Assembly (NCBI GenBank): GCA_031556525.1
Contig: JAVBSS010000032.1
Coordinates: forward strand, 1 to 33,187
DNA from: Lachnospiraceae bacterium
Lineage (GTDB): Bacteria > Bacillota > Clostridia > Lachnospirales > Lachnospiraceae
Direction of reading: 5' to 3'
DNA length: 33,187 nucleotides
Shown: positions 8,980 to 19,454 of the stretch, piece by piece
How the letters are laid out: each line of letters begins with the position of its first letter
Position numbering within the stretch: position 1 is the stretch's first letter
Program-made: the position numbers and the translations under genes
The notes under the pieces: generated by a model
The model's database searches: none
The model's input: the letters and a program-made list of their open reading frames with translations, nothing else
What the model was told of the DNA's origin: nothing

Positions 8980-9477
8980 ATGTATAAGAAAAACATAAAT
9001 AGAATATTAATGGGAATCATTCCGATTGTTGTGATATTAACAATAATAGTTTATAAAGAAAATACAGATCAAATAATGACGTATGTACGGAATTTTCAGA
9101 AAAATACTAATCAAGTTATAATATATAAGTGTAATTGGGAAGAAGATGGTCTTTATGAATCCACAGTAATTATTAAAGAACTTACACCAGAGAGTTTAAT
9201 TAAAGCATTAATGCGAAAAAAGCAGATACCTAAAGATGTAAAATTATTAGATTTTAAACAAGAGGGCAAAGAGCTAACACTGGATTTATCAGATGAATAT
9301 AGAATATATGCAGGTTCATTAGGCACTAGTGGTGAATATTGTGCAGTTGGAAGTCTTGTTAATACATTTCTGGATGCATACGACGCAGAGACAATAAAGA
9401 TCTTAGTCGAAGGAAAGGAATGGGGGTCAGGACACATAGAATATAAAGACCCGTTAACTAGACGTTATTCTGATTAA
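8980..9477 (+). CDS. Membrane-anchored GerMN-like domain protein
   Basis: One N-terminal TM helix (ILMGIIPIVVILTIIV) and a C-terminal segment (ELTLDLSDEYR...VNTFLDAYDAETIKILVEGKEW) resembling the GerMN domain. The ATG at 8980 sits behind the RBS GGGGG. The track starts at a GTG at 8971. Confidence 0.4.
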   Translation: MYKKNINRILMGIIPIVVILTIIVYKENTDQIMTYVRNFQKNTNQVIIYKCNWEEDGLYESTVIIKELTPESLIKALMRKKQIPKDVKLLDFKQEGKELTLDLSDEYRIYAGSLGTSGEYCAVGSLVNTFLDAYDAETIKILVEGKEWGSGHIEYKDPLTRRYSD

Positions 9478-9485
9478 TCATTAAT

Positions 9486-9567
9486 AAAAAAGACGACAAT
9501 CATTGAATTGACCATATAAGTTAGAAATAGGCAAACTAACTTGTCAATATGAATTACCGTCTTTTTG
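9486..9567. terminator. Bidirectional rho-independent terminator between convergent genes
   Basis: A long imperfect hairpin (AAGACGACAAT...ATTGAC / GTCAAT...ACCGTCTT). An A-run lies on the 5' side and CGTCTTTTTGTTTG on the 3' side. Confidence 0.5.
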
Positions 9568-9571
9568 TTTG

Positions 9572-10297
9572 TTATAGAAAACCACCGTCTATAGCTATTA
9601 TTTGACCAGTCATATAAGCAGGACTATTAATCATAGAATATATAAGACTAGCAACTTCTGTAGGCGTTCCCATTCTTCCCATTGGAATATCATTAGTTAG
9701 TGTATCTATATCTTCTGTAGAAAAACAAGAATTCATCGGGGTATCTATGACTCCACAAGATATAACATTTACACGAACATTACTAGGAGCAAGTTCTTTG
9801 GCAAGAGCCTTGGTGAAAGAATCCACGCCACCCTTTGAGGCTGAATAAGCAACCTCACAAGAAGCGCCAACTTGTCCCCATATAGAAGAAATATTGATTA
9901 TATGTCCTTCTTTTTGTGAAACCATATAAGGAACAGCAGCTCTACAGGTATTAAATACAGATGTTAGATTAGTATCAATAACCTGTCTCCAATCATCATA
10001 TGACATATCTGTTAGCAAACCTACATATGATATACCAGCATTATTAACAAGAACATCTATAGTGCCACATTCGTTATATACAGAGTTTATAAATTCAGAG
10101 GCATATGGAAAATCACTTATGTCACCTACACTAGCAATACAGTTACAGCCATTTGCTGTAATTATATCTCTGGTCTCATATAGCCACTCAGCATGTTTAT
10201 ATGAATTAATAGCTACATTATTATAATGTTTAGATAAATAAATGGCAGCTTCTTTGCCAATTCCCGACGAAGCGCCAGTAATTATTGCAGTACTCAT
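9572..10297 (-). CDS. Short-chain dehydrogenase/reductase (FabG-like SDR)
   Basis: TGASSGIG Rossmann motif, NNAG, catalytic S...YSASK, and the PG..IDT motif. Confidence 0.9.
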   Translation of the reverse strand: MSTAIITGASSGIGKEAAIYLSKHYNNVAINSYKHAEWLYETRDIITANGCNCIASVGDISDFPYASEFINSVYNECGTIDVLVNNAGISYVGLLTDMSYDDWRQVIDTNLTSVFNTCRAAVPYMVSQKEGHIINISSIWGQVGASCEVAYSASKGGVDSFTKALAKELAPSNVRVNVISCGVIDTPMNSCFSTEDIDTLTNDIPMGRMGTPTEVASLIYSMINSPAYMTGQIIAIDGGFL

Positions 10298-10453
10298 AAA
10301 ATTCTCCTTTTATGATATATTTAAGAATAAGTTAAGTATACCATAATATTAAATCAGTTGAAAATAAAGATTTAATTTGTTATACTATTATCACTTAACA
10401 TGGTGTTACCATAAGTACTTAAGATGAATGATAATTTTGGGAGGTCAATTTTT

Positions 10454-11038
10454 ATGAATAAAGGTACAATTGTTAGAATATTTGCAGAGGCGTTTTTAAG
10501 AGCTACAGTTATTATATTAGGAATAGCAATAATAGGATTTGGTGGTTTCTTCTTAGTTAGCTTTATATCGGAAGCTACGGGTAATGGTAATGGAGATACT
10601 ACACAAGACCTATCGGATGAGGAATTGAAGAGAATGCTTGAGGAACAGGAAGCTACAGCAGAGCCAGATTCAATTGATACTGAAGCACCTGTAACAGAGC
10701 CTGAAGTGACAGAAGAGCCAACAACAGAAGAGCAAATAATATCTTCAAAAGATGCTAAGATATTAGTGCTTAATAGTACACCGACAAAAGGACTAGCAAA
10801 AGCATGGGCAGATAAACTTGTTGGAGAAGGATTTGCAAAAGTTGAAAAAGGAAATTATTCAGCAGAGAAACTTACTAGTACAAAGATTATTGTAACAACT
10901 GATGGCAGAGGTAAAGATTTGGTAGCGTATTTTAATAATGCTACACTTGTAACAGGAACAGCACCATCAGGAGTAGATGTGTCAACAGATGGTTATGATA
11001 TATTTATAATAGTTGGTACAGAGGATGATATTAAGTAA
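10454..11038 (+). CDS. Membrane protein with C-terminal LytR_C (LytR/CpsA/Psr C-terminal) domain
   Basis: An N-terminal TM helix, an acidic T/E/P-rich linker, then ILVLNSTPTKGLAKAWADKLVGEGFAKV...DIFIIVGTED, typical of LytR_C. The ATG at 10454 has the RBS TGGGAGG. The track start is 10424. Confidence 0.6.
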   Translation: MNKGTIVRIFAEAFLRATVIILGIAIIGFGGFFLVSFISEATGNGNGDTTQDLSDEELKRMLEEQEATAEPDSIDTEAPVTEPEVTEEPTTEEQIISSKDAKILVLNSTPTKGLAKAWADKLVGEGFAKVEKGNYSAEKLTSTKIIVTTDGRGKDLVAYFNNATLVTGTAPSGVDVSTDGYDIFIIVGTEDDIK

Positions 11039-11054
11039 ATAAAGAGGTATTCAT

Positions 11055-11723
11055 ATGACAGGCAGAATAGAATTGCTTGGGATTGATGTTGATTTATTGG
11101 ATACTGAAGAGGCGTATGATGCAACTAATAAGTATCTAATGGAAGAAGGCTTTAATTTGGTGTATTTAGTAGATACCAAATTGTGTATGGAGACTGATAA
11201 TAATTTGGAAATATCACAGATTATAGATAAAGCAGATATAGTATTACCGGCAAATGATAGCACGGAATCTAGTTTGATTAATGTTTTGGGACATTCTAAG
11301 GGTAGATTATCTATAAGAGAATATTTTGATAAGTTATTAACAAGTGTAGAAGTAGAAGGAAAAGAAGTCTTAGTCATAACCAATACCAAGGAAGAACTTG
11401 AGAAGTTGTTAGCGGTATTGAATACAAAGAGGCAGTATTTATCTGCCAGAGGGGAATCTTTGGATACTATTGGAGAAGGTCAATATGAATTAGTGGCAAA
11501 TACAATTAATTCGATTGCACCAGACTTGCTTATACTTTGTCTCGATGACAAGGTTCAACTTGAATTTTTGAAGGATTATAGAAATAAGATAAACGTTAAT
11601 TTGTGTATATGCACAGGTGAATCATTTTTGATTTTATGGTTTAAAAAAGGGAAAAAACTGTATACTACTATTATGAATACTTTTTTTAAGAATAAAGTAA
11701 AGAAAAAAATAGTAGAAAGGTAA
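11055..11723 (+). CDS. WecB/TagA/CpsF-family glycosyltransferase-like protein
   Basis: N-terminal RIELLGIDVDLLD.EEA and ADIVLPANDS resemble the TagA/WecB family start and P-D-G region. The match is degenerate. The RBS is AAGAGGT. Confidence 0.4.
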   Translation: MTGRIELLGIDVDLLDTEEAYDATNKYLMEEGFNLVYLVDTKLCMETDNNLEISQIIDKADIVLPANDSTESSLINVLGHSKGRLSIREYFDKLLTSVEVEGKEVLVITNTKEELEKLLAVLNTKRQYLSARGESLDTIGEGQYELVANTINSIAPDLLILCLDDKVQLEFLKDYRNKINVNLCICTGESFLILWFKKGKKLYTTIMNTFFKNKVKKKIVER

Positions 11724-11729
11724 ATCAAG

Positions 11730-12605
11730 ATGAAAAGCTTAGAAGTTAAAAAAGCAAGCCGAGAATATTTATTTATATTGATAGGGGCATTTTTAATGGC
11801 ATATGCAATTAAGGCTATATTTAACACTATGAATATGGTTACTGGTGGAGTAAGTGGTATAGCGATAATAATAAAATATCTTACGAGGAATATTAACATA
11901 TTAGGTGAACAGGGGATCCCTCTGTGGTTCACTAATGCGATTGTTAATGTTCCTCTTTTTATATTTGCGTATAAATATAAAGGAAGAAGATTTATAAAGA
12001 GAACATTAATTGCAACGGTGGCCATAACTATATTTTTGGGCATTATACCTAATTTGACGATTTTGCCAAAGGATAATTTATTAAATACTATAATAGGTGG
12101 GGCACTAATGGGAGCTGGATTAGGTTTAGTATTTGCAAGGGGATCTACAACGGGCGGAACGGATTTGCTGGCATCATTAATTAACTTGAAAATAAGACAC
12201 CTATCTATTCCTAATATACTGCTTATAATAGATAGTGTAATTATAATATTAGGTAGCATGGTATTCGGATTGGAGAAAGCAATGTATTCAACAATTGCCA
12301 TATATCTATCTACAACTATTTCAGATAATATTGTAGAAGGACCTAAGCATTCTAAAATGGCATACATTATATCGGATAAGGCACAACAGATATCGGATGA
12401 AATAATAGAAATATTAGAAAGAGGAGTAACTGGAATATCTATTGTGGGAATGTATACAAGAAATGAAAAGAAAATGCTTATGTGTGTTGTGTCAAAGAAA
12501 GAAATAGTGACTTTAAAGGAAATAGTGGTAAATAATGACGAAGAGGCATTTCTAATAGTTAGTGATGTTCGAGAAGCATTGGGAGAAGGATTTATTAGGA
12601 GTTAG
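11730..12605 (+). CDS. YitT-family membrane protein (DUF161 x2 + DUF2179)
   Basis: Helices rich in small residues (GGVSGIAII, GGALMGAGLGLVFARGSTTGGTD) and a C-terminal soluble DUF2179-like domain. Confidence 0.8.
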   Translation: MKSLEVKKASREYLFILIGAFLMAYAIKAIFNTMNMVTGGVSGIAIIIKYLTRNINILGEQGIPLWFTNAIVNVPLFIFAYKYKGRRFIKRTLIATVAITIFLGIIPNLTILPKDNLLNTIIGGALMGAGLGLVFARGSTTGGTDLLASLINLKIRHLSIPNILLIIDSVIIILGSMVFGLEKAMYSTIAIYLSTTISDNIVEGPKHSKMAYIISDKAQQISDEIIEILERGVTGISIVGMYTRNEKKMLMCVVSKKEIVTLKEIVVNNDEEAFLIVSDVREALGEGFIRS

Positions 12606-12818
12606 AGAATGTTAATAAATGTTTAGTAGTTTATACCATAAAACGACTATAAATAATGTGCAATTTAATAAAGAAACGTTGTTCGTATACAAATTGAACA
12701 AAATATTTGAAAAATGTTTGTTTAATAATAATATGGTTTTTCTTTTTTAATTGATGTAATATACATCTATAATGTTAGTCAGAATTAAAAACAACAGAAC
12801 CCAAGGAGGAATTATAGA

Positions 12819-13931
12819 ATGGCTAGTTTATCACTTAAAAATATTTACAAGATTTATCCTAACGGATTTAACGCTGTTAAGGATTTCAATCTAGAAATCG
12901 AAGACAAAGAATTTGTTATCTTCGTTGGACCATCAGGATGTGGAAAATCAACTACATTAAGAATGATTGCAGGTCTTGAGGATATCAGCTCAGGAGAATT
13001 ATGGATCGCAGACAAGATGGTTAATGACGTAGAGCCTAAAGATAGAGATATCGCAATGGTATTCCAAAACTATGCGTTATACCCACATATGTCAGTATAT
13101 GACAATATGGCATTTGGTCTTAAGTTAAGAAAAGTACCAGCTGAGAAGATTGACAAGCAAGTTCATGAAGCAGCTAAGATTCTTGACATTGAGCACTTAC
13201 TTGACAGAAAGCCAAAGGCTTTATCAGGTGGACAAAGACAACGTGTTGCTATGGGTCGTGCTATCGTTCGTGAGCCTAAGGTATTCCTTATGGATGAGCC
13301 TTTATCAAACCTTGATGCTAAGCTTAGAGTTCAAATGCGTGTTGAGATCTCTAAATTACACCAAAGATTACAAACAACTATTATCTACGTTACACATGAC
13401 CAAACAGAGGCGATGACTCTTGGTACAAGAATCGTAGTTATGAAAGATGGTATCATCCAACAAGTTGATACTCCACAAAACTTATATGACAAACCAACAA
13501 ACTTATTCGTAGCAGGTTTCATGGGAATGCCTCCAATGAACTTCATCGAGTGTAAAGTTGTTAAATCAGGAACTGACGTATTATTAATGTTCGGTTCTAA
13601 CTCTATCAAAGTTCCAGATTCAAAAGCTTCTAAGCTTGTTGAGATGAACTATATTGATAAAGAAGTTGTATTAGGTATTCGTCCTGAGGATGTACATGAT
13701 GAGCAATTATTCATCGAGTCTTCTCCAGAAAGTATCATAGATGCAAGAATTAATATCTACGAAATGTTAGGTGCTGAAGTTTACTTATACTTCACAATTG
13801 ATCAATTTGATATCACTGCAAGAGTTAATGCTCGTACAACTGCAAGACCTGGTGATACAGTTCAATTAGCATTTGACTTAAGTAAGATTCACATCTTTGA
13901 TAAAGAGACTGAAGAAGTTATCCTTAACTAA
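12819..13931 (+). CDS. msmX: Multiple-sugar ABC transporter ATP-binding protein (MsmX/MsmK/MalK type)
   Basis: Walker [11 protein letters not shown]-loop, signature [10 protein letters not shown], Walker [12 protein letters not shown], and a C-terminal TOBE/MalK regulatory domain. The RBS is AAGGAGGA. Confidence 0.9.
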   Translation: MASLSLKNIYKIYPNGFNAVKDFNLEIEDKEFVIFVGPSGCGKSTTLRMIAGLEDISSGELWIADKMVNDVEPKDRDIAMVFQNYALYPHMSVYDNMAFGLKLRKVPAEKIDKQVHEAAKILDIEHLLDRKPKALSGGQRQRVAMGRAIVREPKVFLMDEPLSNLDAKLRVQMRVEISKLHQRLQTTIIYVTHDQTEAMTLGTRIVVMKDGIIQQVDTPQNLYDKPTNLFVAGFMGMPPMNFIECKVVKSGTDVLLMFGSNSIKVPDSKASKLVEMNYIDKEVVLGIRPEDVHDEQLFIESSPESIIDARINIYEMLGAEVYLYFTIDQFDITARVNARTTARPGDTVQLAFDLSKIHIFDKETEEVILN

Positions 13932-13952
13932 TTAGAATAATAATAACCATTT

Positions 13953-13993
13953 AGAGGAAATACATAAAAAATGTGTATTTCCTCTTTTAATTT
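13953..13993 (+). terminator. Rho-independent terminator of msmX
   Basis: A perfect 12-bp stem AGAGGAAATACA / TGTATTTCCTCT with loop TAAAAAA, followed by TTTAATTTT. Confidence 0.75.
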
Positions 13994-14054
13994 TATCAGT
14001 TTTGCTATAAAATGATATTAGGTGTATTTAAATACTATATGAAGGAGTGACAGT

Positions 14055-15143
14055 ATGATATCGAACCAAATACTTCAAGATACAATAGAGGGGATAAAGG
14101 CTGTGACACGCATTGATTTGTGTGTTATGGACACAGAGGGAAAAACATTGGCGACTACTTTACGTGACGTTGATGAATATGAGAAGGCTGTTGTGGGATT
14201 TGTAGAATCTCCAGCGGAGAGTCAAGTTTTACAAGGTTATCAATTTTTTAAAGTATTTGATGACAACCAATTAGAATATATTATACTTGCCAAAGGCGAG
14301 ACTGATGATGTATATATGATTGGTAAATTGGCAGCATTGCAAGTTCAGAACTTGTTAGTTGCTTATAAGGAAAGATTTGATAAGGATAATTTCATTAAGA
14401 ACTTATTGTTAGATAATCTATTGTTAGTTGATATATATAATAGAGCTAAGAAACTTCATATTGATATAGATGTGAAGAGAATAGTATTTATTATTGAGAC
14501 TAAGAATGAGAAGGATACTAATGCTCTAGAGACTGTTCGTAACATTTTCTCTAGTAAGACTAAGGACTTTATAACTGCAGTTGATGAGAAGAATATTATT
14601 CTTGTTAAAGAAGTTAAACAAAATGAAACCTATGATGATATGGCTAAGACTGCTAAAGTAATAGTAGATATGCTTAATACAGAAGCTATGAGTACTGTTC
14701 ATGTTGCATATGGTACAATTGTTAACGAAATCAAAGAAGTTTCAAGGTCATACAAAGAAGCTAAGATGGCCCTTGACGTAGGAAAGATATTCTATAGCAA
14801 TAGAAATATTATTGCATACAGCAATTTAGGAATTGGTAGATTAATATATCAATTACCAATACCACTATGTAAGATGTTTATTAAGGAGATCTTTGAGGGA
14901 CGTTCTCCAGATGATTTTGACGAGGAAACTTTAACTACCATTAATAAATTCTTTGAGAACAGCTTGAATGTTTCAGAAACTTCAAGACAATTATACATAC
15001 ATCGTAATACATTAGTATATAGATTAGATAAGTTGCAGAAGAGCACTAATCTTGATTTACGAGTATTTGAAGATGCAATAACATTTAAGATTGCATTAAT
15101 GGTTGTAAAATATATGAAGTATATGGAATCTCTTGAATACTAA
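14055..15143 (+). CDS. PucR/CdaR-family transcriptional regulator (C-terminal PucR-type HTH)
   Basis: The C-terminal LNVSETSRQLYIHRNTLVYRLDKLQKSTNLDLRVFEDA is the PucR_C HTH. The N-terminal region is GGDEF-like. The RBS is GAAGGAG. Confidence 0.6.
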   Translation: MISNQILQDTIEGIKAVTRIDLCVMDTEGKTLATTLRDVDEYEKAVVGFVESPAESQVLQGYQFFKVFDDNQLEYIILAKGETDDVYMIGKLAALQVQNLLVAYKERFDKDNFIKNLLLDNLLLVDIYNRAKKLHIDIDVKRIVFIIETKNEKDTNALETVRNIFSSKTKDFITAVDEKNIILVKEVKQNETYDDMAKTAKVIVDMLNTEAMSTVHVAYGTIVNEIKEVSRSYKEAKMALDVGKIFYSNRNIIAYSNLGIGRLIYQLPIPLCKMFIKEIFEGRSPDDFDEETLTTINKFFENSLNVSETSRQLYIHRNTLVYRLDKLQKSTNLDLRVFEDAITFKIALMVVKYMKYMESLEY

Positions 15144-15168
15144 TAGATAAGAGAAAGGATGCACGAAT

Positions 15169-15870
15169 ATGCTAGTGCTTGATCATGTTACAATGACATA
15201 CCCAACTGGAATAACGGCACTTAACGATGTTACTATTGATATTGCTAAGGGTGAGTTTGTATTTATAGTTGGTAGCAGTGGATCAGGTAAATCCACACTA
15301 ATGAAACTGCTTCTTAAAGAGATTAATCCGACTGAAGGTAGAATTAAAGTTAGTAATTATGATTATTCTAATATAAAGAGGCGAGAAATACCTAAGGTAA
15401 GAAGAGAAAGAGGATTTGTATTTCAGAATTTCAGATTGCTTAAAGATAGAAATGTATATGAAAATGTTGCCTTTGCACAGAGAGTTATAGAGGCATCACC
15501 AAGAACGATAAGAAGACAGGTGCCAGCTATGTTATCCCTTGTAGGTCTTACGGATAAGTATAAATCATATCCTAAGGAATTATCAGGTGGTGAGCAACAG
15601 AGGGTCGCCTTGGCGCGTGCACTAGTTAATAATCCTCCTATTTTATTGGCGGATGAACCAACAGGCAACCTTGATCCTAAGAATTCTTGGGAGATTATGA
15701 AATTGTTAGAAGATATAAATAAAAGAGGTACCACAGTAGTGGTAGTAACACATGATAAAGAAATGGTTAATATGATGAAGAAGAGAGTAATAACTCTTAA
15801 AAAAGGTCAGATTATTAGCGATGAGAGTAAAGGTGGTTATTCAGATGAAGATAAGTTCGGCATGGTATAG
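15169..15870 (+). CDS. ftsE: Cell-division ABC ATPase FtsE
   Basis: Walker A GSSGSGKST, signature LSGGEQQRVALARAL, Walker B LLADEPTGNLD. About 230 aa, immediately upstream of ftsX. Confidence 0.9.
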   Translation: MLVLDHVTMTYPTGITALNDVTIDIAKGEFVFIVGSSGSGKSTLMKLLLKEINPTEGRIKVSNYDYSNIKRREIPKVRRERGFVFQNFRLLKDRNVYENVAFAQRVIEASPRTIRRQVPAMLSLVGLTDKYKSYPKELSGGEQQRVALARALVNNPPILLADEPTGNLDPKNSWEIMKLLEDINKRGTTVVVVTHDKEMVNMMKKRVITLKKGQIISDESKGGYSDEDKFGMV

Positions 15871-16756
15871 TATTAAGCAAGGTGCTAAGAACATTCAGCG
15901 TAATCTGATATTCTCATTAGCATCTATTGGAACGATTGTAGCATGTTTATTCCTGTTAGGAGTATTTTATGCAATAGTGGTTAATTTTCAACAAGCAGTA
16001 AGTGATGTCCAAAGTACAGTTACTATTTCAGTCTTCTTTGATGAGGGCATTGATGGTGATTCTGTGGCAGCAATTGCTGAGCAGATTAGAGTTAGAAGTG
16101 AAGTTGCAACAATGGACTATATATCAGCAGAGAAAGCATGGGAAAGATTTGTTGAAGAGAAGTTCAGCGATGCAAAAGAAGAAGTTGCCGCAGCATATGG
16201 AGACGATAATCCTTTAGCTAATTCAGCTTCTTACGAGATAACATTGAAAACGGTATCAAAACAAAAAGAATTTGTAGAATTTCTAGAAAATATAGAAGGT
16301 GTCAGATTGGTTAATAGTTCTGATGTAGCTGCAACAAGTTTGATAACACTTAATTCACTAGTTGGATATGCATCTGTAGGTATTATATGTATATTATTAT
16401 TAGTATCTATATTTCTTATTAGTAATACTATAACTATTGGTATTACAGTAAGAAAAGATGAGATAGCTATAATGAAATTAATAGGAGCGAGCAATGCTTT
16501 TGTAAGAGCACCATTTATGGTGGAAGGAATTACTATAGGTATTATAGGTTCGCTTATACCAGCATTAATGCTATACTATATGTATGGCGCAGTTATAGAG
16601 TATATTGTTTCAAGATTTCCGATAATAAATGTATTTATGACATTTGTTTCTGCTCAGGACATATTTTCAACACTTATTCCTGTTATGATAGGTATAGGTG
16701 TTGGCATAGGATTTATTGGTAGTGCAGTAACTATGCATAAGCATTTGAAGGTATAG
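15845..16756 (+). CDS. ftsX: Cell-division permease-like protein FtsX
   Basis: The N-terminus SAWYSIKQGAKNIQRN is typical of FtsX. There are 4 TM helices and a large extracellular loop. The ATG at 15845 follows the RBS AAAGGTGG. The track ORF starts at 15821 and overlaps the ftsE 3' end. Confidence 0.85.
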   Translation: MKISSAWYSIKQGAKNIQRNLIFSLASIGTIVACLFLLGVFYAIVVNFQQAVSDVQSTVTISVFFDEGIDGDSVAAIAEQIRVRSEVATMDYISAEKAWERFVEEKFSDAKEEVAAAYGDDNPLANSASYEITLKTVSKQKEFVEFLENIEGVRLVNSSDVAATSLITLNSLVGYASVGIICILLLVSIFLISNTITIGITVRKDEIAIMKLIGASNAFVRAPFMVEGITIGIIGSLIPALMLYYMYGAVIEYIVSRFPIINVFMTFVSAQDIFSTLIPVMIGIGVGIGFIGSAVTMHKHLKV

Positions 16757-16766
16757 AGGAGTGCAT

Positions 16767-17933
16767 ATGATGAAGAGAAGGAAGCATATATTTAAAATAA
16801 TTACAATATGTATATTAGTTATATTTCTATCTATTAGTACATGTGCCACATCAACATCGGAGATAGATACTTCTGATTCAAATAAACAAGATATAGAGAA
16901 AAAGAGAAATGATGCCCAAACATTTTTGGATTCATTGGAAAAAGACAAGACTAATTTAGAAGGTTATGTTAAAGAGTTGGATAATCAACTAATAGTTATT
17001 CAAAATGAGATTTCTGATTTGGTTACAAGGCAAGAAGAGTTGAATGCAGATATAGAAGTAAAACAGGCAGAACTGGTTGTTGCAAAGGATAACGAGCAAG
17101 TTCAATATGATACAATGAAGAAAAGAATTCAATATATCTATGAGAATGGTGATATGAATTACTTTGATGTAATATTTAAGGCATCTAGTATGTCTGATAT
17201 TATTAATAGCTCAGAGTATATTTCACAATTAGCAGATTATGATTATCATATGCTTAATGAATTAATAACGATACGTCAAGATATTGCCTTGGCAGAATTG
17301 TTGTTGGAAGAGGATTTAACTCAGGTTAGCAATTTATTAGTTGAACAGCAGGAAAAAGAAGGAGAAGTAAATACTTTAATTACTGCTAAAAATGATGAAA
17401 TAAATCGTTACGAAAATTCTATTGGAGAACAATCAGAGCTTGTACAGAAATATGATCAACAACTTCAAGCTATAGAAGATGAATTAGCAAGAATAGCAGC
17501 ATTAGCGGCACAACAGTCAGGATATACAGGTCCTTACACGGGAGGGGCACTTCTATGGCCTTGTCCTGCAAGTAGTAGAATAACTTCACCATTTGATCCT
17601 AATAGAGTACATCCAGTATTGGGTTACGCTAGACCTCATAGGGGTATTGATATTGGTGTTGGTGTTGGAAATACAGTTATTGCGGCGGCAGCGGGTAAAG
17701 TTATTAAAGCTGAATATGATGGTGGCGCAGGTAATTATGTATTGATAGATCATGGTGGTGGATTAGCAACTATATATATGCATAATTCACAACTATTAGT
17801 AAGTGCAGGAGATATAGTAACAGCAGGTCAGACAATAGCATTGTCTGGATCAACTGGATTATCTACAGGACCACATTTGCATTTTGGTGTAAGTGTTAAC
17901 GGAGCATATGTTAATCCTATGAATTATTATTAA
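16767..17933 (+). CDS. M23-family peptidoglycan endopeptidase with N-terminal coiled coil (EnvC/PcsB-like, FtsEX partner)
   Basis: A signal-peptide-like N-terminus, a long coiled-coil region, and C-terminal LytM/M23 motifs HRGIDIG ... GNYVLIDHG ... GSTGLSTGPHLHFGV. Confidence 0.85.
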   Translation: MMKRRKHIFKIITICILVIFLSISTCATSTSEIDTSDSNKQDIEKKRNDAQTFLDSLEKDKTNLEGYVKELDNQLIVIQNEISDLVTRQEELNADIEVKQAELVVAKDNEQVQYDTMKKRIQYIYENGDMNYFDVIFKASSMSDIINSSEYISQLADYDYHMLNELITIRQDIALAELLLEEDLTQVSNLLVEQQEKEGEVNTLITAKNDEINRYENSIGEQSELVQKYDQQLQAIEDELARIAALAAQQSGYTGPYTGGALLWPCPASSRITSPFDPNRVHPVLGYARPHRGIDIGVGVGNTVIAAAAGKVIKAEYDGGAGNYVLIDHGGGLATIYMHNSQLLVSAGDIVTAGQTIALSGSTGLSTGPHLHFGVSVNGAYVNPMNYY

Positions 17934-18156
17934 ATATAATTAGTTAGAATATATTTGAAAGAGCAGGTATCCAACCTGTTCTTTCGACTTATTGAATGAA
18001 AAGAGTGAAAAAATATTTACTCTTGCGCTTGTGATTTTACCATTGAAGCAAGTAAGATTACAGCACTAAATTATGGAATATAAGTATCTAGTAACATTTC
18101 TAGGTATTCATATAAAATTAAGCCATATATTATGGTAACTAAAAGGAGCTAGGGTT

Positions 18157-19386
18157 ATGAGACAAAAAGTTAGTGGATACAAAAGATTTACGTTATTAGT
18201 TATTTCGATAATGATGGTATTATCATTTGTTGGATGTACAACTGATAATGGTAATATAATCAACAGCCTAGGGGGTCAAAGTAGTAATTCGAGTAGTAGC
18301 CTTTTGAATAAAGATGTTGAGAAGAAGGCAGATGAAATACAAGAAATCATTGATGGCTATTTTTATTTTGAAGCAGATGAGGAAAATATAACAGAGAACG
18401 TATATAAAGGAATGATGGAAGGTCTAGATGATCCATATTCAGTATACTATACTAAGGAAGAGTATGCTAAGTTACAGGAAGAAACATCAGGAGAATATGT
18501 AGGTATTGGTGTTCAAGTAAGCCAAGATCCTGAGACAAAAATAATTACAATGGTTAAACCATTTAAAAACAGTCCAGCAACAGAAGCTGGAATTAAAAAA
18601 GGAGATATTCTTGTTGCAGTTGATGATCTAGAATTATCGGGCGAAGAGGTATCGGAAGTAGTTAAATTGATTAAAGGCGAGGAAGGTACTGTTGTAAAGA
18701 TTAAAGTGTACCGTGAAGGAGAATCAGATTATCTAACATTTGACGTTACAAGAAGAAAGGTTGAGAATCCTACAGTAGAGTATGAGATGTTAGACAATAA
18801 CGTAGGTTATATTAGTGTATCAGAGTTCTATGATGTTACAGCAAATCAGTATAAAGCAGCAGTTGAGGAACTTAAGGCTCAAGGAATGAAGGGACTAATA
18901 GTTGATCTTAGAGACAATCCAGGCGGATTGTTAACAGCTGTAGTTGATATGTTAGATTATATGCTTCCAGAAGGTAAGATAGTATATACTGAGGATAAAG
19001 ATGGAAATATTATAAGCGAATATAGCTCAACTGATAAAGAGAAGTTTGAATTACCATTAGTAGTGTTAGCAAATGAATACAGTGCAAGTGCTTCAGAGAT
19101 ATTTACAGGAGCAATTAAAGACTATGGCATCGGAACTATTGTTGGTAAACAAACATATGGAAAAGGCATTGTTCAAAGATTATTCGAATTAAAGGATGGA
19201 TCAGCAGTTAAAGTAACAATTGCTAAGTATTTTACTCCGAATGGAAATGATATTCATAAAATAGGTGTTGAGCCAGATGTTGAGGTTGATTTAAGTGAAG
19301 AAGCTAAGAAGGAAGTTGATCTTAGTAAGGAAGATGATAATCAATTACAAAAAGCTATAGAAATTATACAAGAAAATATTCAATAG
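18157..19386 (+). CDS. S41-family carboxy-terminal processing protease (Ctp) with PDZ domain, probable lipoprotein
   Basis: The lipobox-like LSFVGC, a PDZ segment (GIKKGDILVAVDD), and S41 catalytic-region motifs (DLRDNPGG, SASASEIF, GKGIVQ). Confidence 0.85.
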   Translation: MRQKVSGYKRFTLLVISIMMVLSFVGCTTDNGNIINSLGGQSSNSSSSLLNKDVEKKADEIQEIIDGYFYFEADEENITENVYKGMMEGLDDPYSVYYTKEEYAKLQEETSGEYVGIGVQVSQDPETKIITMVKPFKNSPATEAGIKKGDILVAVDDLELSGEEVSEVVKLIKGEEGTVVKIKVYREGESDYLTFDVTRRKVENPTVEYEMLDNNVGYISVSEFYDVTANQYKAAVEELKAQGMKGLIVDLRDNPGGLLTAVVDMLDYMLPEGKIVYTEDKDGNIISEYSSTDKEKFELPLVVLANEYSASASEIFTGAIKDYGIGTIVGKQTYGKGIVQRLFELKDGSAVKVTIAKYFTPNGNDIHKIGVEPDVEVDLSEEAKKEVDLSKEDDNQLQKAIEIIQENIQ

Positions 19387-19454
19387 ACTTGTCTTATTTT
19401 GTATTTTAATGTAAAATGTTTTTTGTTTTTAAATTATATTTAGGAGGCACTTAG

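Noticed and set aside
11576-12367. A 263-aa minus-strand ORF, and similar antisense ORFs at 11051-11389, 4837-5152, 15423-15734, 16231-16494, 20486-20686 and 27968-28288
   Set aside because: All lie antisense to strongly supported genes (YitT, TagA-like, WYL, ftsE, ftsX, guaA, MerR), lack RBSs, and are the long antisense frames expected in AT-rich DNA.
12640-12700. A CcpA cre site upstream of msmX (AGAAACGTTGTTCG)
   Set aside because: It has only a partial match to the cre consensus WTGNAANCGNWNNCW, and the flanking conserved positions are missing. It is not reportable as a site without a scoring matrix.
19387-19454. A purine riboswitch in front of guaA
   Set aside because: The leader is only 68 nt and AT-rich, with no P1/P2/P3 architecture. 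It is too short for a guanine riboswitch.
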